Positions 19,418 to 28,110 of a stretch of DNA of 64,000 bases are shown here, one piece after another. A program made the position numbers and the translations under genes. The notes below the pieces were generated by a model. It was not told the origin of the DNA and did no database searches. It worked only from the letters and a program-made list of their open reading frames with translations. Position 1 is the first letter of the stretch. Every line of letters starts with the position of its first letter. Location: assembly GCA_039586575.1 (NCBI GenBank), contig JBDHKD010000003.1, forward strand, positions 92,451 through 156,450, read 5' to 3'. Source of the DNA: Gemmatimonadota bacterium. Lineage in GTDB: Bacteria > Gemmatimonadota > Gemmatimonadetes > Palauibacterales > KS3-K002.

Positions 19418-20602
19418 CTAGGATGGCATCTTGCGGATCAGGCGCACCGGCAGTCCCACGTTCACCGTCGGGTGCCGCATATGGATCAGGCGTAAGGTGC
19501 TGGTCCGCTCGGTGACGCGCACCACGCGGCCCAACCCGACATACTCCTCGGGCAGGCTGAGCCCCTGGGAGCGCCGTTCCCCGACGAAGAGCTCGAACTC
19601 ATCGCCGACCGTTACACCCTGATCGCGACCGACGTCAACGAAGACGAAGTCCTCATTGGTAGCGATCGGCTGTTCGTCCAGCAGCGCGACGAGCTCGCCG
19701 CCGGGTCCCGCGGCCACGGGCTCGGCGAAGACGCCGCGCTCGAACTGGAACCTTTCGGCCTCGATTGCCTGATCGCCGACCAGGACCCGCTCGTACACCT
19801 CGATCACCACCGCGATGGACACGTCTTCATAGACCGCCGAGATCGTCGCCATCCCGGTCGGCCGGACGACGCGGCCCCACGGCCTCACCCGTCGCTCGAC
19901 CCGGAAGAGGAGCATGCGGTCCCCGGGTTCCGGGGGCTCGCCACCCGGATGTCGGATGTAGACGCGACCATACTGCGGAATCGTCGAAAGCGGCTCGACC
20001 GCAAAGCCTCGCGGGACGGCGGCTTCCAAGATCTCGCCCCGCGCCCCCAACTCCTCCAGGTTCAGGAGCATGCCGGCCCGGTAGAAGTCGTCCGCCGTCA
20101 CGGCCATGGCGGGCACGGGGGCGACCGGCTGATAGGTCAGCGTTTGCGTCGTGATGTCGGGCGGCAAGAAGATCGTCCTCTGCTCGGCCCCGGGAATCTG
20201 CGGCGGCCCTTCAGGCGTGACCTCCGGAGTCGGCATCTCCGGCGTGGGCACGCGCTCGGCCACTTCTTCGCCGGGCACCCGCTCCTCTCCCGGAACCGGC
20301 GGCCTGACGACTTCGCCGGGGCCCGGCACCTGCAGCTCCTCGGCCGGATAGATCCAGTGAGGATCCTCCACGACGATCGTGTTGATCCGGTAGATCTCCG
20401 GCCAGAGGAAGGGGTCGCTCAGGTAGAACTCCGCCAGGTCCCACAGCGTATCACCCGTGCGGACTACGTGCACACGACGGCCCTCTTGGGGCGTCGCTTC
20501 CTGCTGCCGTTCTTGAGCTTGAAGGGGGAGGGCTTCAGGCAGTAGAGCCGCAAGCGCTGCGGCTACGGACAATACCAAGCGCTTAGAAGGGCAGGTCGTC
20601 AC
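19418..20602 (-). CDS. Secreted LysM-domain protein, TsaP-like
   Basis: Signal peptide, HVVRTGDTLWDLAEFYLSDPFLWPEIY..PHWIYP LysM, Pro-rich linker, beta-rich C-terminus. The GTG start at 20602 is inferred from GGAGG. Confidence 0.75.
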   Translation of the reverse strand: MTTCPSKRLVLSVAAALAALLPEALPLQAQERQQEATPQEGRRVHVVRTGDTLWDLAEFYLSDPFLWPEIYRINTIVVEDPHWIYPAEELQVPGPGEVVRPPVPGEERVPGEEVAERVPTPEMPTPEVTPEGPPQIPGAEQRTIFLPPDITTQTLTYQPVAPVPAMAVTADDFYRAGMLLNLEELGARGEILEAAVPRGFAVEPLSTIPQYGRVYIRHPGGEPPEPGDRMLLFRVERRVRPWGRVVRPTGMATISAVYEDVSIAVVIEVYERVLVGDQAIEAERFQFERGVFAEPVAAGPGGELVALLDEQPIATNEDFVFVDVGRDQGVTVGDEFELFVGERRSQGLSLPEEYVGLGRVVRVTERTSTLRLIHMRHPTVNVGLPVRLIRKMPS

Positions 20603-21020
20603 CCTCCTCCAGCGATTCCGCCGGGAAATCATCATACTCCTCACCCCCATAGGTCGGAGCCTTCTGGAACTCCAAGGCCCCCTCTCCGCGGCCACCCAAC
20701 ATCACCATATCATTGGCCACGATCTCGGTACTGTAACGCTTCTGGCCGTTCTGGTCTTCCCACTGACGGTACTGAATCCGCCCCTCGATGAAGATCCGGT
20801 CACCCTTCTTCAGATACTGCTCGACAATCTCAGCCAGCTTGTTCCAGGCCACGACCCGGTGCCACTGCGTATCCTCCTGCATCTCACCCGACCGGCTCTG
20901 CCAGCGGCGGTTCGTCGCCACCGACAGCGTCGCCACTCGCGCGCCGCCCGGCGTGGTGCGGATCTCGGGGTCGTTGCCCAGGTTGCCGATGATGATCGCC
21001 TTGTTGACGCTGCGTGACAT
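20583..21020 (-). CDS. ssb: Single-stranded DNA-binding protein
   Basis: SVNKAIIIGNLGNDPE, IFIEGRIQYRQW, C-terminal DDLPF; GGAGGAG RBS. Confidence 0.97.
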   Translation of the reverse strand: MSRSVNKAIIIGNLGNDPEIRTTPGGARVATLSVATNRRWQSRSGEMQEDTQWHRVVAWNKLAEIVEQYLKKGDRIFIEGRIQYRQWEDQNGQKRYSTEIVANDMVMLGGRGEGALEFQKAPTYGGEEYDDFPAESLEEGDDLPF

Positions 21021-21072
21021 GACTCCTCCACTGAGGGGGTTGGCGCCGATACCACTTCCGACGCCAGCCAGC

Positions 21073-21101
21073 ATTATACCCGACCGTCAACTTATTGTCA
21101 A
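21073..21101 (-). promoter_or_regulatory. Consensus sigma70 promoter of ssb
   Basis: Exact TTGACA-17 nt-TATAAT on the minus strand. Confidence 0.85.
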
Positions 21102-21135
21102 CGCGGCGCTTGCTGGCCCCGGCTTAGAGCAGAAT

Positions 21136-21606
21136 CTACTCGCTGGCCAGCTCGAGGCACATGACCCGCGCGTCCTCGACCGGTGCCCGATAATAGCGGC
21201 GGCGGATTCCCACCGAGACGAACCCGCGGCGTTCGTACAGCTGCTTCGCGGAATCGTTGCTCATCCGCACCTCGAGGAAAACACGGTCCGTACCGCGATT
21301 GCGGGCCTTCTCGAGGGTCCACTCGAGGAGCCGGCGGCCGAGGCCCCGCCTTCGCCAGCCTTGAGCGACGGCCAGGTTGCCCAGCTCGGCCTCCTGCAGG
21401 ACGTACCAGACCACGGCGTAGCCGACGACGGCCCCGTCAACCACGCCCACCCAGAGGTTGGCGTCGTCGCGGCCCAGGAGGTTGTGGAAGCTGACGCGAC
21501 TCCACGGCGTGCTGAATGATTCACGCTCGATCCTCATCACCGCATCGAGGTCCGCTTCCTCCATCCGCCGCACCTGCGGCACCGGCAACCGCTCAGCCGT
21601 GCTCAC
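21136..21606 (-). CDS. rimI: Ribosomal-protein alanine N-acetyltransferase (GNAT)
   Basis: IERESFSTPWS, RRRGLG, VFLEVRMSN..LYERRGF..RRRYY; follows tsaB. Confidence 0.92.
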   Translation of the reverse strand: MSTAERLPVPQVRRMEEADLDAVMRIERESFSTPWSRVSFHNLLGRDDANLWVGVVDGAVVGYAVVWYVLQEAELGNLAVAQGWRRRGLGRRLLEWTLEKARNRGTDRVFLEVRMSNDSAKQLYERRGFVSVGIRRRYYRAPVEDARVMCLELASE

Positions 21607-22337
21607 CGCTCACCTTCCTCCGGGACCCGCCAATCGCGCACGTAAGACGGCTCCCACTCGGCGGGGCGCTCGACCCGACCCAGCTCCGGTGCCGTTGAGC
21701 GCAGCCACAGTAGGCTGGCGGCGCGCGGAACGCCGAGATGCTGCGGGAGCACCACCGCTTCTTCGAACGTGGCGGCGATGGCCTGCCGATAGGCCAACGC
21801 GCCTTCGCCGGCGAAGACCGGCCTCAACTGGAGGTCGGCGACCGCCTGCAGGAGGTGCTCGATGTGCCAGGCCGCGGGTGCCAGCCTTTCCGAGGGTGGC
21901 TCGGCCGACAGATCGTAGCAAGCGCCGTAGATTTGGCCGCGCTTGGCGTCGAACAACGCACAGACCGGCCCAGCCACACCCGTGCCCGCGGCCACGGCGA
22001 GCAGGCTGGAATAGGCGTAGAGCGGGATGCGCCGGGCCATCGCCCATCCTTTCGCCATCGACGCCGCGATGCGCACGCCGGTAAACGAGCCCGGCCCACT
22101 ACCGACGACGAATGCCGAGACCTCGTCCGGCGGGGTGCCCGTAACCTCCAAAGCGTGATGGAGCGCCGGCAGCACGAGCTCGGAATGCGCTCCCTGGATA
22201 TTGAAGCTGGACTCGTAGACCGGCCCGTCCCGCCAAACGGCGACCGAGCCGACCGCCGTGGCCGTCTCCACGGCCAGCCAGACCTGTCCTTCCGAGACCG
22301 CTTCGGACTTCGACCCGCGTGGGTCCTTGACCGTCAC
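21603..22337 (-). CDS. tsaB: t6A tRNA modification protein TsaB
   Basis: LAVETAT, HSELVLP, GSGPGSFTGVRI, DAKRGQIY; GTGA overlap with the tsaE stop. Confidence 0.94.
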   Translation of the reverse strand: MTVKDPRGSKSEAVSEGQVWLAVETATAVGSVAVWRDGPVYESSFNIQGAHSELVLPALHHALEVTGTPPDEVSAFVVGSGPGSFTGVRIAASMAKGWAMARRIPLYAYSSLLAVAAGTGVAGPVCALFDAKRGQIYGACYDLSAEPPSERLAPAAWHIEHLLQAVADLQLRPVFAGEGALAYRQAIAATFEEAVVLPQHLGVPRAASLLWLRSTAPELGRVERPAEWEPSYVRDWRVPEEGER

Positions 22338-22801
22338 CAGTCCACGAGCTCCGGGGCCGAGCCCTGGCGGCTCACCCGTACGATGCGCTCGTCCAGCTGA
22401 GCGCCGTGTTCGATCTCCACATCCCAGCGATCGTCCGGCTGCTGGCCCGCAGCACGGTCGGCCCACTCGACGAGCACCAGGCCCGTCGTGCCGAGCAGGT
22501 CGTCCCAGCCCAGCGGCTCGAGCGGGTCGCCGGGTTCCAACCGGAAGAGGTCGACGTGGTGGATAGAGAAGCCGCGTGGACTCGCATAGGCCTGGACGAG
22601 CGTGAAGCTGGGCGAAGGGATGTGGCCGATGACGCCGGCGCCGCGACAGATCGCCCGGGCGAGGACGCTCTTGCCGGCACCGAGCGGGCCATTCAACGCG
22701 ATCCAGAGCGGCGGTTCAACGGCGGTCCCGATCCGTCCACCCCAGCGAACGAGCTCATCCTCGCTGAGCACACCGGGGCCCAGCACTTGCGATCCGCTCA
22801 C
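22334..22801 (-). CDS. tsaE: t6A tRNA modification ATPase TsaE
   Basis: [28 protein letters not shown]; GTGA overlap with the uvrB stop. Confidence 0.94.
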   Translation of the reverse strand: MSGSQVLGPGVLSEDELVRWGGRIGTAVEPPLWIALNGPLGAGKSVLARAICRGAGVIGHIPSPSFTLVQAYASPRGFSIHHVDLFRLEPGDPLEPLGWDDLLGTTGLVLVEWADRAAGQQPDDRWDVEIEHGAQLDERIVRVSRQGSAPELVDW

Positions 22802-24891
22802 CGGCCGGGTCCCCCCGCGTCACCGCGCCCTCGCGTATCCATGTCGGCCCTGATCTGGAAGATGTGATCGCGCAACTCCGACGCCAACTCGAAATCGAGT
22901 TGCTCCGCCGCATGCTCCATCTCGGCGGTCAGCCGCTCGATCAGTTTATCGGGTTCCAGTTCAGGAAGCCCCGCCAGCGTCTCGACGGCCCGCACGCCTG
23001 GGTCGACCCGCGAGTCGGCGACCGCCGTCGCACGCCGTACGTCGTCGGCCGACTTGCGGATCGAGCGCGGGGTGATCCCGTGTTGCAGGTTGTAGGCGCG
23101 CTGGATCTCGCGTCGCCGGTTCGTCTCATTGATGCAGCGCTCCATCGAGCCCGTCACCACATCCGCATACATGATCGCTTTGCCGTGCTCGTTGCGCGCC
23201 GCGCGCCCGATAGTCTGAATCAGACTCTTGTCGGAGCGCAAGAAGCCCTCCTTGTCCGCATCGAGGATGGCGACCAGTGAGACCTCCGGCAGATCGAGCC
23301 CTTCACGCAAGAGATTGATGCCGACCAACACGTCGAACAGCCCCAGTCGCAGCCCGCGCAAGATGTCGACCCGCTCGATGGCGTCGATATCCGAGTGCAT
23401 GTAGCGGACCCGGATGCCGACACCCAGGAAATACTCGGTGAGATCCTCGGCCATCCTCTTGGTCAGCGTCGTCACCAGCACGCGCTCGCTGCGCGCCGCT
23501 CGCTCGCGGATCTCGGCGATCAGGTCGTCGACCTGCCCGCGGACGGATCTCACCTCTACCTCCGGATCCAGCAGGCCGGTGGGCCTGATGACCTGCTCGA
23601 CCACGATGCCGGCCGACCGTTCGAGCTCGTGGTCGCCAGGTGTCGCCGAGACGAAGAGGACCCGGGGGGCCAGAGATTCCCACTCGTCGAATCTCAGCGG
23701 CCGATTATCGAGTGCGCTGGGCAGTCGGAACCCATACTCGACCAACGTCCGCTTCCGCGAGCGATCACCCTCGTACATGCCGCCGATCTGTGGCACGGTG
23801 ACGTGCGACTCGTCCACGATCACCAGGAAGTCATCGGGAAAGTAGTCGATGAGGCAGGCCGGCCGCTCGCCTTCCGCCCTGCCCGACAGGTGACGAGCAT
23901 AGTTTTCGATCCCGGCACAATAGCCGACCTCGCGCAGCATCTCCAGGTCGTAGCGCGTGCGGTGCTCGAGGCGCTGAGCCTCGAGCAACCGGCCGTCACG
24001 CCGCAATTCGGTCAACCGCCAGCCGAGCTCCTCCTCGACCAGCTTGATGGCGCGCTTCAGTGATGAGCCACCGGTAGCGTAATGGGTGGCCGGGTAAATG
24101 GCGGCGCGGTCGAGCTCGGCTATGGCGTCGCCGGTCAGCGGATCGATCTTCGTCAGCCGGTCGATCTCGTCGCCCCAGAGCTCGATGCGGACGGCCCGTT
24201 CCTCGTAAGCCGGGAACACCTCGACCACGTCGCCGCGCACGCGAAATGTCCCACGTTTGAAGTCGATGTCGCTACGGTTGTACTGGATTTCGACGAGAGA
24301 GGCGAGGATTTCGTCGCGGGGGACGGTTTGGCCTCGCTCGAGCATCACGAGTAGCTCGCGGTACTCCGCCGGGTCACCCAGCCCGTAGATTGCAGATACC
24401 GAAGCCACGACGATGACATCTTCGCGCTCCATCAGGCTCGATGTGGCGCGCAGGCGCAGCCGATCTATGTCCTCGTTAATCGACGCGTCTTTCTCGATAT
24501 AGGTGTCCGTCTGCGGTACGTAGGCTTCCGGCTGATAGTAGTCGTAGTAGGAGATGAAGTACTCGACAGCGTTCGCTGGAAAGAAACTCTTCAATTCGCC
24601 GTAGAGCTGGGCCGCCAGAGTCTTGTTGTGGCTCATCACCAGGGCGGGCCGGCCCCAGCGGGCGATCACCTCCGCCATGGTCAGCGTCTTGCCCGAGCCG
24701 GTTACTCCCATCAGCGTCTGCCAACGCTCCCCCCGCTCGAGACCCTCGACCAGCTCAGCGATCGCCCGCGGCTGGTCGCCCGTCGGCTCGAAGGGCGAGC
24801 GTAGGTCGAACGGCGCCGCAGCCAGCGACCGGCGGCGACCGCGCCCCTCATCGCGGTCGGAACGGGGCAGAATCCTAGGCGGACGGATCAT
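22798..24891 (-). CDS. uvrB: Excinuclease ABC subunit B
   Basis: [19 protein letters not shown] beta-hairpin, [31 protein letters not shown]-terminal UVR coil. Exact start is uncertain. Confidence 0.97.
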   Translation of the reverse strand: MIRPPRILPRSDRDEGRGRRRSLAAAPFDLRSPFEPTGDQPRAIAELVEGLERGERWQTLMGVTGSGKTLTMAEVIARWGRPALVMSHNKTLAAQLYGELKSFFPANAVEYFISYYDYYQPEAYVPQTDTYIEKDASINEDIDRLRLRATSSLMEREDVIVVASVSAIYGLGDPAEYRELLVMLERGQTVPRDEILASLVEIQYNRSDIDFKRGTFRVRGDVVEVFPAYEERAVRIELWGDEIDRLTKIDPLTGDAIAELDRAAIYPATHYATGGSSLKRAIKLVEEELGWRLTELRRDGRLLEAQRLEHRTRYDLEMLREVGYCAGIENYARHLSGRAEGERPACLIDYFPDDFLVIVDESHVTVPQIGGMYEGDRSRKRTLVEYGFRLPSALDNRPLRFDEWESLAPRVLFVSATPGDHELERSAGIVVEQVIRPTGLLDPEVEVRSVRGQVDDLIAEIRERAARSERVLVTTLTKRMAEDLTEYFLGVGIRVRYMHSDIDAIERVDILRGLRLGLFDVLVGINLLREGLDLPEVSLVAILDADKEGFLRSDKSLIQTIGRAARNEHGKAIMYADVVTGSMERCINETNRRREIQRAYNLQHGITPRSIRKSADDVRRATAVADSRVDPGVRAVETLAGLPELEPDKLIERLTAEMEHAAEQLDFELASELRDHIFQIRADMDTRGRGDAGGPGR

Positions 24892-24973
24892 CTGATGTCA
24901 TAGTGAACATCGAGGTCACTGGCGAAGTCGTGCAGCGCCGCTGACCCTCTCAATGTTCGATGTTCGTGAGAAA

Positions 24974-27652
24974 TCAGCCTTCGAGACTGTCGAACCACGC
25001 GTCGATCTTGTCGTCGCCCAGCTCATCCCCGCTGGCCGCCTCGGCTGCCGAATCGGCCTCCGGCAGCTCCTCCACCAATTGCCGCGCGCGGGCCAGCATC
25101 GGAGCGGCGCCGAGTTGCTCGAAGAGCTCGACCGCGCGTTCCGCCGCCAAGCGTGCCTCTGCCGGCTGAGCACGCGCCAGTACGTGTGCCTGGTGATACT
25201 GGAGGAATCCCTCGCCGTACGGGTCTATCTCGGTCGTTTCTCCGATTCCCTGCTGCGCGACCATGCCAGCGAGCCAGGCATCGCTGTCGAGGTCGATGAC
25301 CCGGATGCGTACGGCATCCCCTTCGGCGCGCCGCTCGAACCAGCCTTCCTTGCCCTGGTAGAGCTGCTCGAGCCGCGCCGCCTCCTGCCACGCCTGCAGC
25401 TCATCGCCCAGCTCGAGATGGGCCAGCGCCCGGATGGCCGTGCTCTGGAACTCCTCCCTCCAGGCACCGCTTTCCGGCAGCAGCTGGCGCACCTCGTCGG
25501 TAGCCTCCAGTACCGCGGCGTAGTCGCCCCGCTCGAAGGCGAGGCGTGCGATTCCCGTCCTACAGCGCAAGGCGAGTGATTGGTCGTCCAGCTCCTCGGC
25601 CAGCTGGAGACCCGAGCGGAACAAGTGCAGCGCCCGATCGAAGTCGCCGCGCAAGGTCAGCAGTTCGGCGATATTGGCCTGCATGGCGATCTTCTGATCG
25701 GCCACGCCGGCGACCTCCATGCTTTCCAGCGCCGACTGCCAGTGGTGCAGCGCGCCCCCCCAATCGCCGGCCCGGAAGTTCGCCGTGCCGAGCAGGTCGT
25801 GGCAGACCGCGACGCCGCCCAGCTCGTCGACCTGGCCGAATACCTCGAGGGCCCGCTGCGCCAGCTGGCGCCCTTCCTCCGGGTTGCCCCACGACACGTG
25901 CACGCGGGCGAGACGGTAGGCGGCTTGTGCGACCGTTTCCGCACTGCCGCTCTGCTCAGCGACGTACAGCGCTTCCTCGGCCATGAGCAGGGCCTCCTCC
26001 GCCCGGCCGACGCGTTCGGCCACGACGCAGGCCAGGTCGAGCGCCGCCACCAGCTCCTCGGAGAGCTCGGAGGTTCGTGCCCGGTCGACCAAGCCAGCAG
26101 CGAGAGCCGACACGTCCAGTGGCTCGACGCCGCGCTCGAGCAGCAGCCACCCGAACATCACACCGGCCGTCAGTTCGGTCACCAGATCGCCGAGCTGGTG
26201 CGCGCGCTCGGCTACCTCCTTCAACAGCAGCTCGGCCTCGGGCTCGCGGTCCGTGGCGGCGTAGATTCTGGCCAGCCGGTTCTGGATCTGCAGTCGCTGG
26301 CTCTCGTCCTCGCAGCTCTGCGCCGCGGTGCGGAGGAACTCATCCACCTCGTAGAGAGCATAGAGTCGCTCGGCCAGGTCAGCGGCTTTGAGCGACCACT
26401 CGAGGTTCTTGCCCGTGAAGCCGGCCACCAAGTACAGCGCGGCGATCTCGTCTGCGATCTCCTTCGCACCCGAGCCCGCCAACTTCTCCAGGGTGCCCGC
26501 CGCACGGTCGAGCAGGTGAGCGCGCCGCTTGCCGGAGACACGGGAACTAATCACACGGCGGACGAGAGGGTGTCGGAAGCGATAGCGTACGGACCGGCTA
26601 CCGGTCGCCCAACGCCGTTCGCCGATCTTGCGAATGAGGCCGTGCTTCGCCTCGGCCGCCTCAAGCTGGGCGAGTGCCTCCTCGGTCTTCTTGCCGGCCT
26701 GTGCGGCAACGACGGTCGAGTCGATCACCGAGCCGCACAGCGCCGCCGCTTCGAGCGTCCAGCGCAGGTTGGGCTCGAGCGAGTCGAAGCGGCCGGCGAT
26801 GACGGTCTCGGTCTTGGTCTCGGGGCTGGGCAAGTCGCTCTCACGAACGGAGTACTTGAAGAGACGCTTGCGCAGGGTACCTCGCTCGACGAGCCAGCGC
26901 AGCAGCTGCTCGGCCCGCAACGCGTTACCGCGAGCGGCACCGTTAAGCCAGGCCCCGAACTCGTCGGCGAACGAGCCGTCGAGCACATTCTCGGCGAGTT
27001 CGTGGATCGCGTCGGCCTCGAGCTCGCGAACCGCAAGCTCGACCGCGGACGGTCCGAGTCGGTGTTGCAGGGGCTTGATGGAGACGGTGGTCGGCGATTC
27101 GGAGGCCTCGTAGGTCGCGAGCACCAGGACGGGCAGTTGGCCGAGAGCGGCACCGAGCCGGGCCAGTAGATCGAGCGATGAGCGGTCGCTCCACTGTATG
27201 TCGTCGATAAAGAAGACGAGGACGCGCTGGCGGGTAATGGCGCGGCAGAGAGCGATGAACTGATCGAACAGCGCGTTGCGGCCCGGCGAAGGCGCGGCGC
27301 TGGGCATCCACCCGGGCACTTCTTTGCGGACGAGTGAGGCGAGGGCGGCATCGCCGCTGAGACCGAAGAGCTCGGCGAGCAGATCGCGGAACGGCCCATA
27401 CGGTCGATACGCGGTCTGATCCTCTATGCAGCGCGCTTCGAGCACGACGGCCGAAGGGTCCGCACCCCTGATCCGGGCGAGGAAGCCGCGGGCCAGCGCC
27501 GTCTTGCCGACGCCGCTCGCGCCGGTCAGGATCACGAAGCGTCCCCGAGCGTCCTTCTCGGTCTGGAGATCCCGCACGATCCGATCGAGCTGTGCCAGCT
27601 CGGTGGCCCGGGCTACCAGGCGACCTGCGCTCTCGTGCTCGCTCGCTCCCAT
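24974..27652 (-). CDS. STAND-class (AAA_16-like) NTPase with C-terminal TPR array and no obvious effector domain
   Basis: Walker A GASGVGKT, Walker B VFFIDDIQW, YRFRHPLVR winged-helix motif, TPR-like repeats, acidic tail. Confidence 0.75.
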   Translation of the reverse strand: MGASEHESAGRLVARATELAQLDRIVRDLQTEKDARGRFVILTGASGVGKTALARGFLARIRGADPSAVVLEARCIEDQTAYRPYGPFRDLLAELFGLSGDAALASLVRKEVPGWMPSAAPSPGRNALFDQFIALCRAITRQRVLVFFIDDIQWSDRSSLDLLARLGAALGQLPVLVLATYEASESPTTVSIKPLQHRLGPSAVELAVRELEADAIHELAENVLDGSFADEFGAWLNGAARGNALRAEQLLRWLVERGTLRKRLFKYSVRESDLPSPETKTETVIAGRFDSLEPNLRWTLEAAALCGSVIDSTVVAAQAGKKTEEALAQLEAAEAKHGLIRKIGERRWATGSRSVRYRFRHPLVRRVISSRVSGKRRAHLLDRAAGTLEKLAGSGAKEIADEIAALYLVAGFTGKNLEWSLKAADLAERLYALYEVDEFLRTAAQSCEDESQRLQIQNRLARIYAATDREPEAELLLKEVAERAHQLGDLVTELTAGVMFGWLLLERGVEPLDVSALAAGLVDRARTSELSEELVAALDLACVVAERVGRAEEALLMAEEALYVAEQSGSAETVAQAAYRLARVHVSWGNPEEGRQLAQRALEVFGQVDELGGVAVCHDLLGTANFRAGDWGGALHHWQSALESMEVAGVADQKIAMQANIAELLTLRGDFDRALHLFRSGLQLAEELDDQSLALRCRTGIARLAFERGDYAAVLEATDEVRQLLPESGAWREEFQSTAIRALAHLELGDELQAWQEAARLEQLYQGKEGWFERRAEGDAVRIRVIDLDSDAWLAGMVAQQGIGETTEIDPYGEGFLQYHQAHVLARAQPAEARLAAERAVELFEQLGAAPMLARARQLVEELPEADSAAEAASGDELGDDKIDAWFDSLEG

Positions 27653-27699
27653 CGTTCGTCCGGCTCAGTGCGCGGCCAGGCGCCACGGGCAACCGTGGC

Positions 27700-28110
27700 C
27701 TAGGACCGCGCCATCTCGAGTATCTTGCTCCAAGTGTCTGCGGAGACCGGCATCACGGAGAGGCGGGGGATCCGGACGAGTTCCCAATCGCCGAACCCAC
27801 CACTCCCTTTGATCTCGGATAATGTCACGGGTCGCGGCAGTCGCTTCAGGGGGCGGACCTCGAAGACGAGGAGGCGCTCGTCATCCGCATGCGGATCGCT
27901 GTAGGCCTCCGTCACGACGCGCGCTATTCCGACGATGGCCTTCTCCGAGCCTGTGTGGTAGAAGAAGGCCTCATCGCCCGGCTCTACGCCGCGCATGTGC
28001 TTGAGGGCAGCGGGGTTCTTAACGCCGTCCCAGATCGCCCGCCCTTCTCGCTCCAGATCGTCGAACGAGTAGTCACCCGGCTCGCTCTTCAGCAGCCAGC
28101 GGCCGGGCAC
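27700..28110 (-). CDS. EVE-domain protein
   Basis: WLLKSEP..YSFDDL, WDGVKN..A..HMR, AFFYHTG, WELVRIPRLSVMPV; start overlaps the rel stop by 1 nt (TAGTG). Confidence 0.92.
   Translation of the reverse strand: MPGRWLLKSEPGDYSFDDLEREGRAIWDGVKNPAALKHMRGVEPGDEAFFYHTGSEKAIVGIARVVTEAYSDPHADDERLLVFEVRPLKRLPRPVTLSEIKGSGGFGDWELVRIPRLSVMPVSADTWSKILEMARS

Noticed and set aside
24895-24966. ATGTTC/GAACAT copies upstream of uvrB as a possible LexA box
   Set aside because: Spacing matches none of the LexA motifs I know (GAAC-N4-GTTC, TGTTC-N4-GAACA, GTTC-N7-GTTC), and the motif is absent upstream of ssb.
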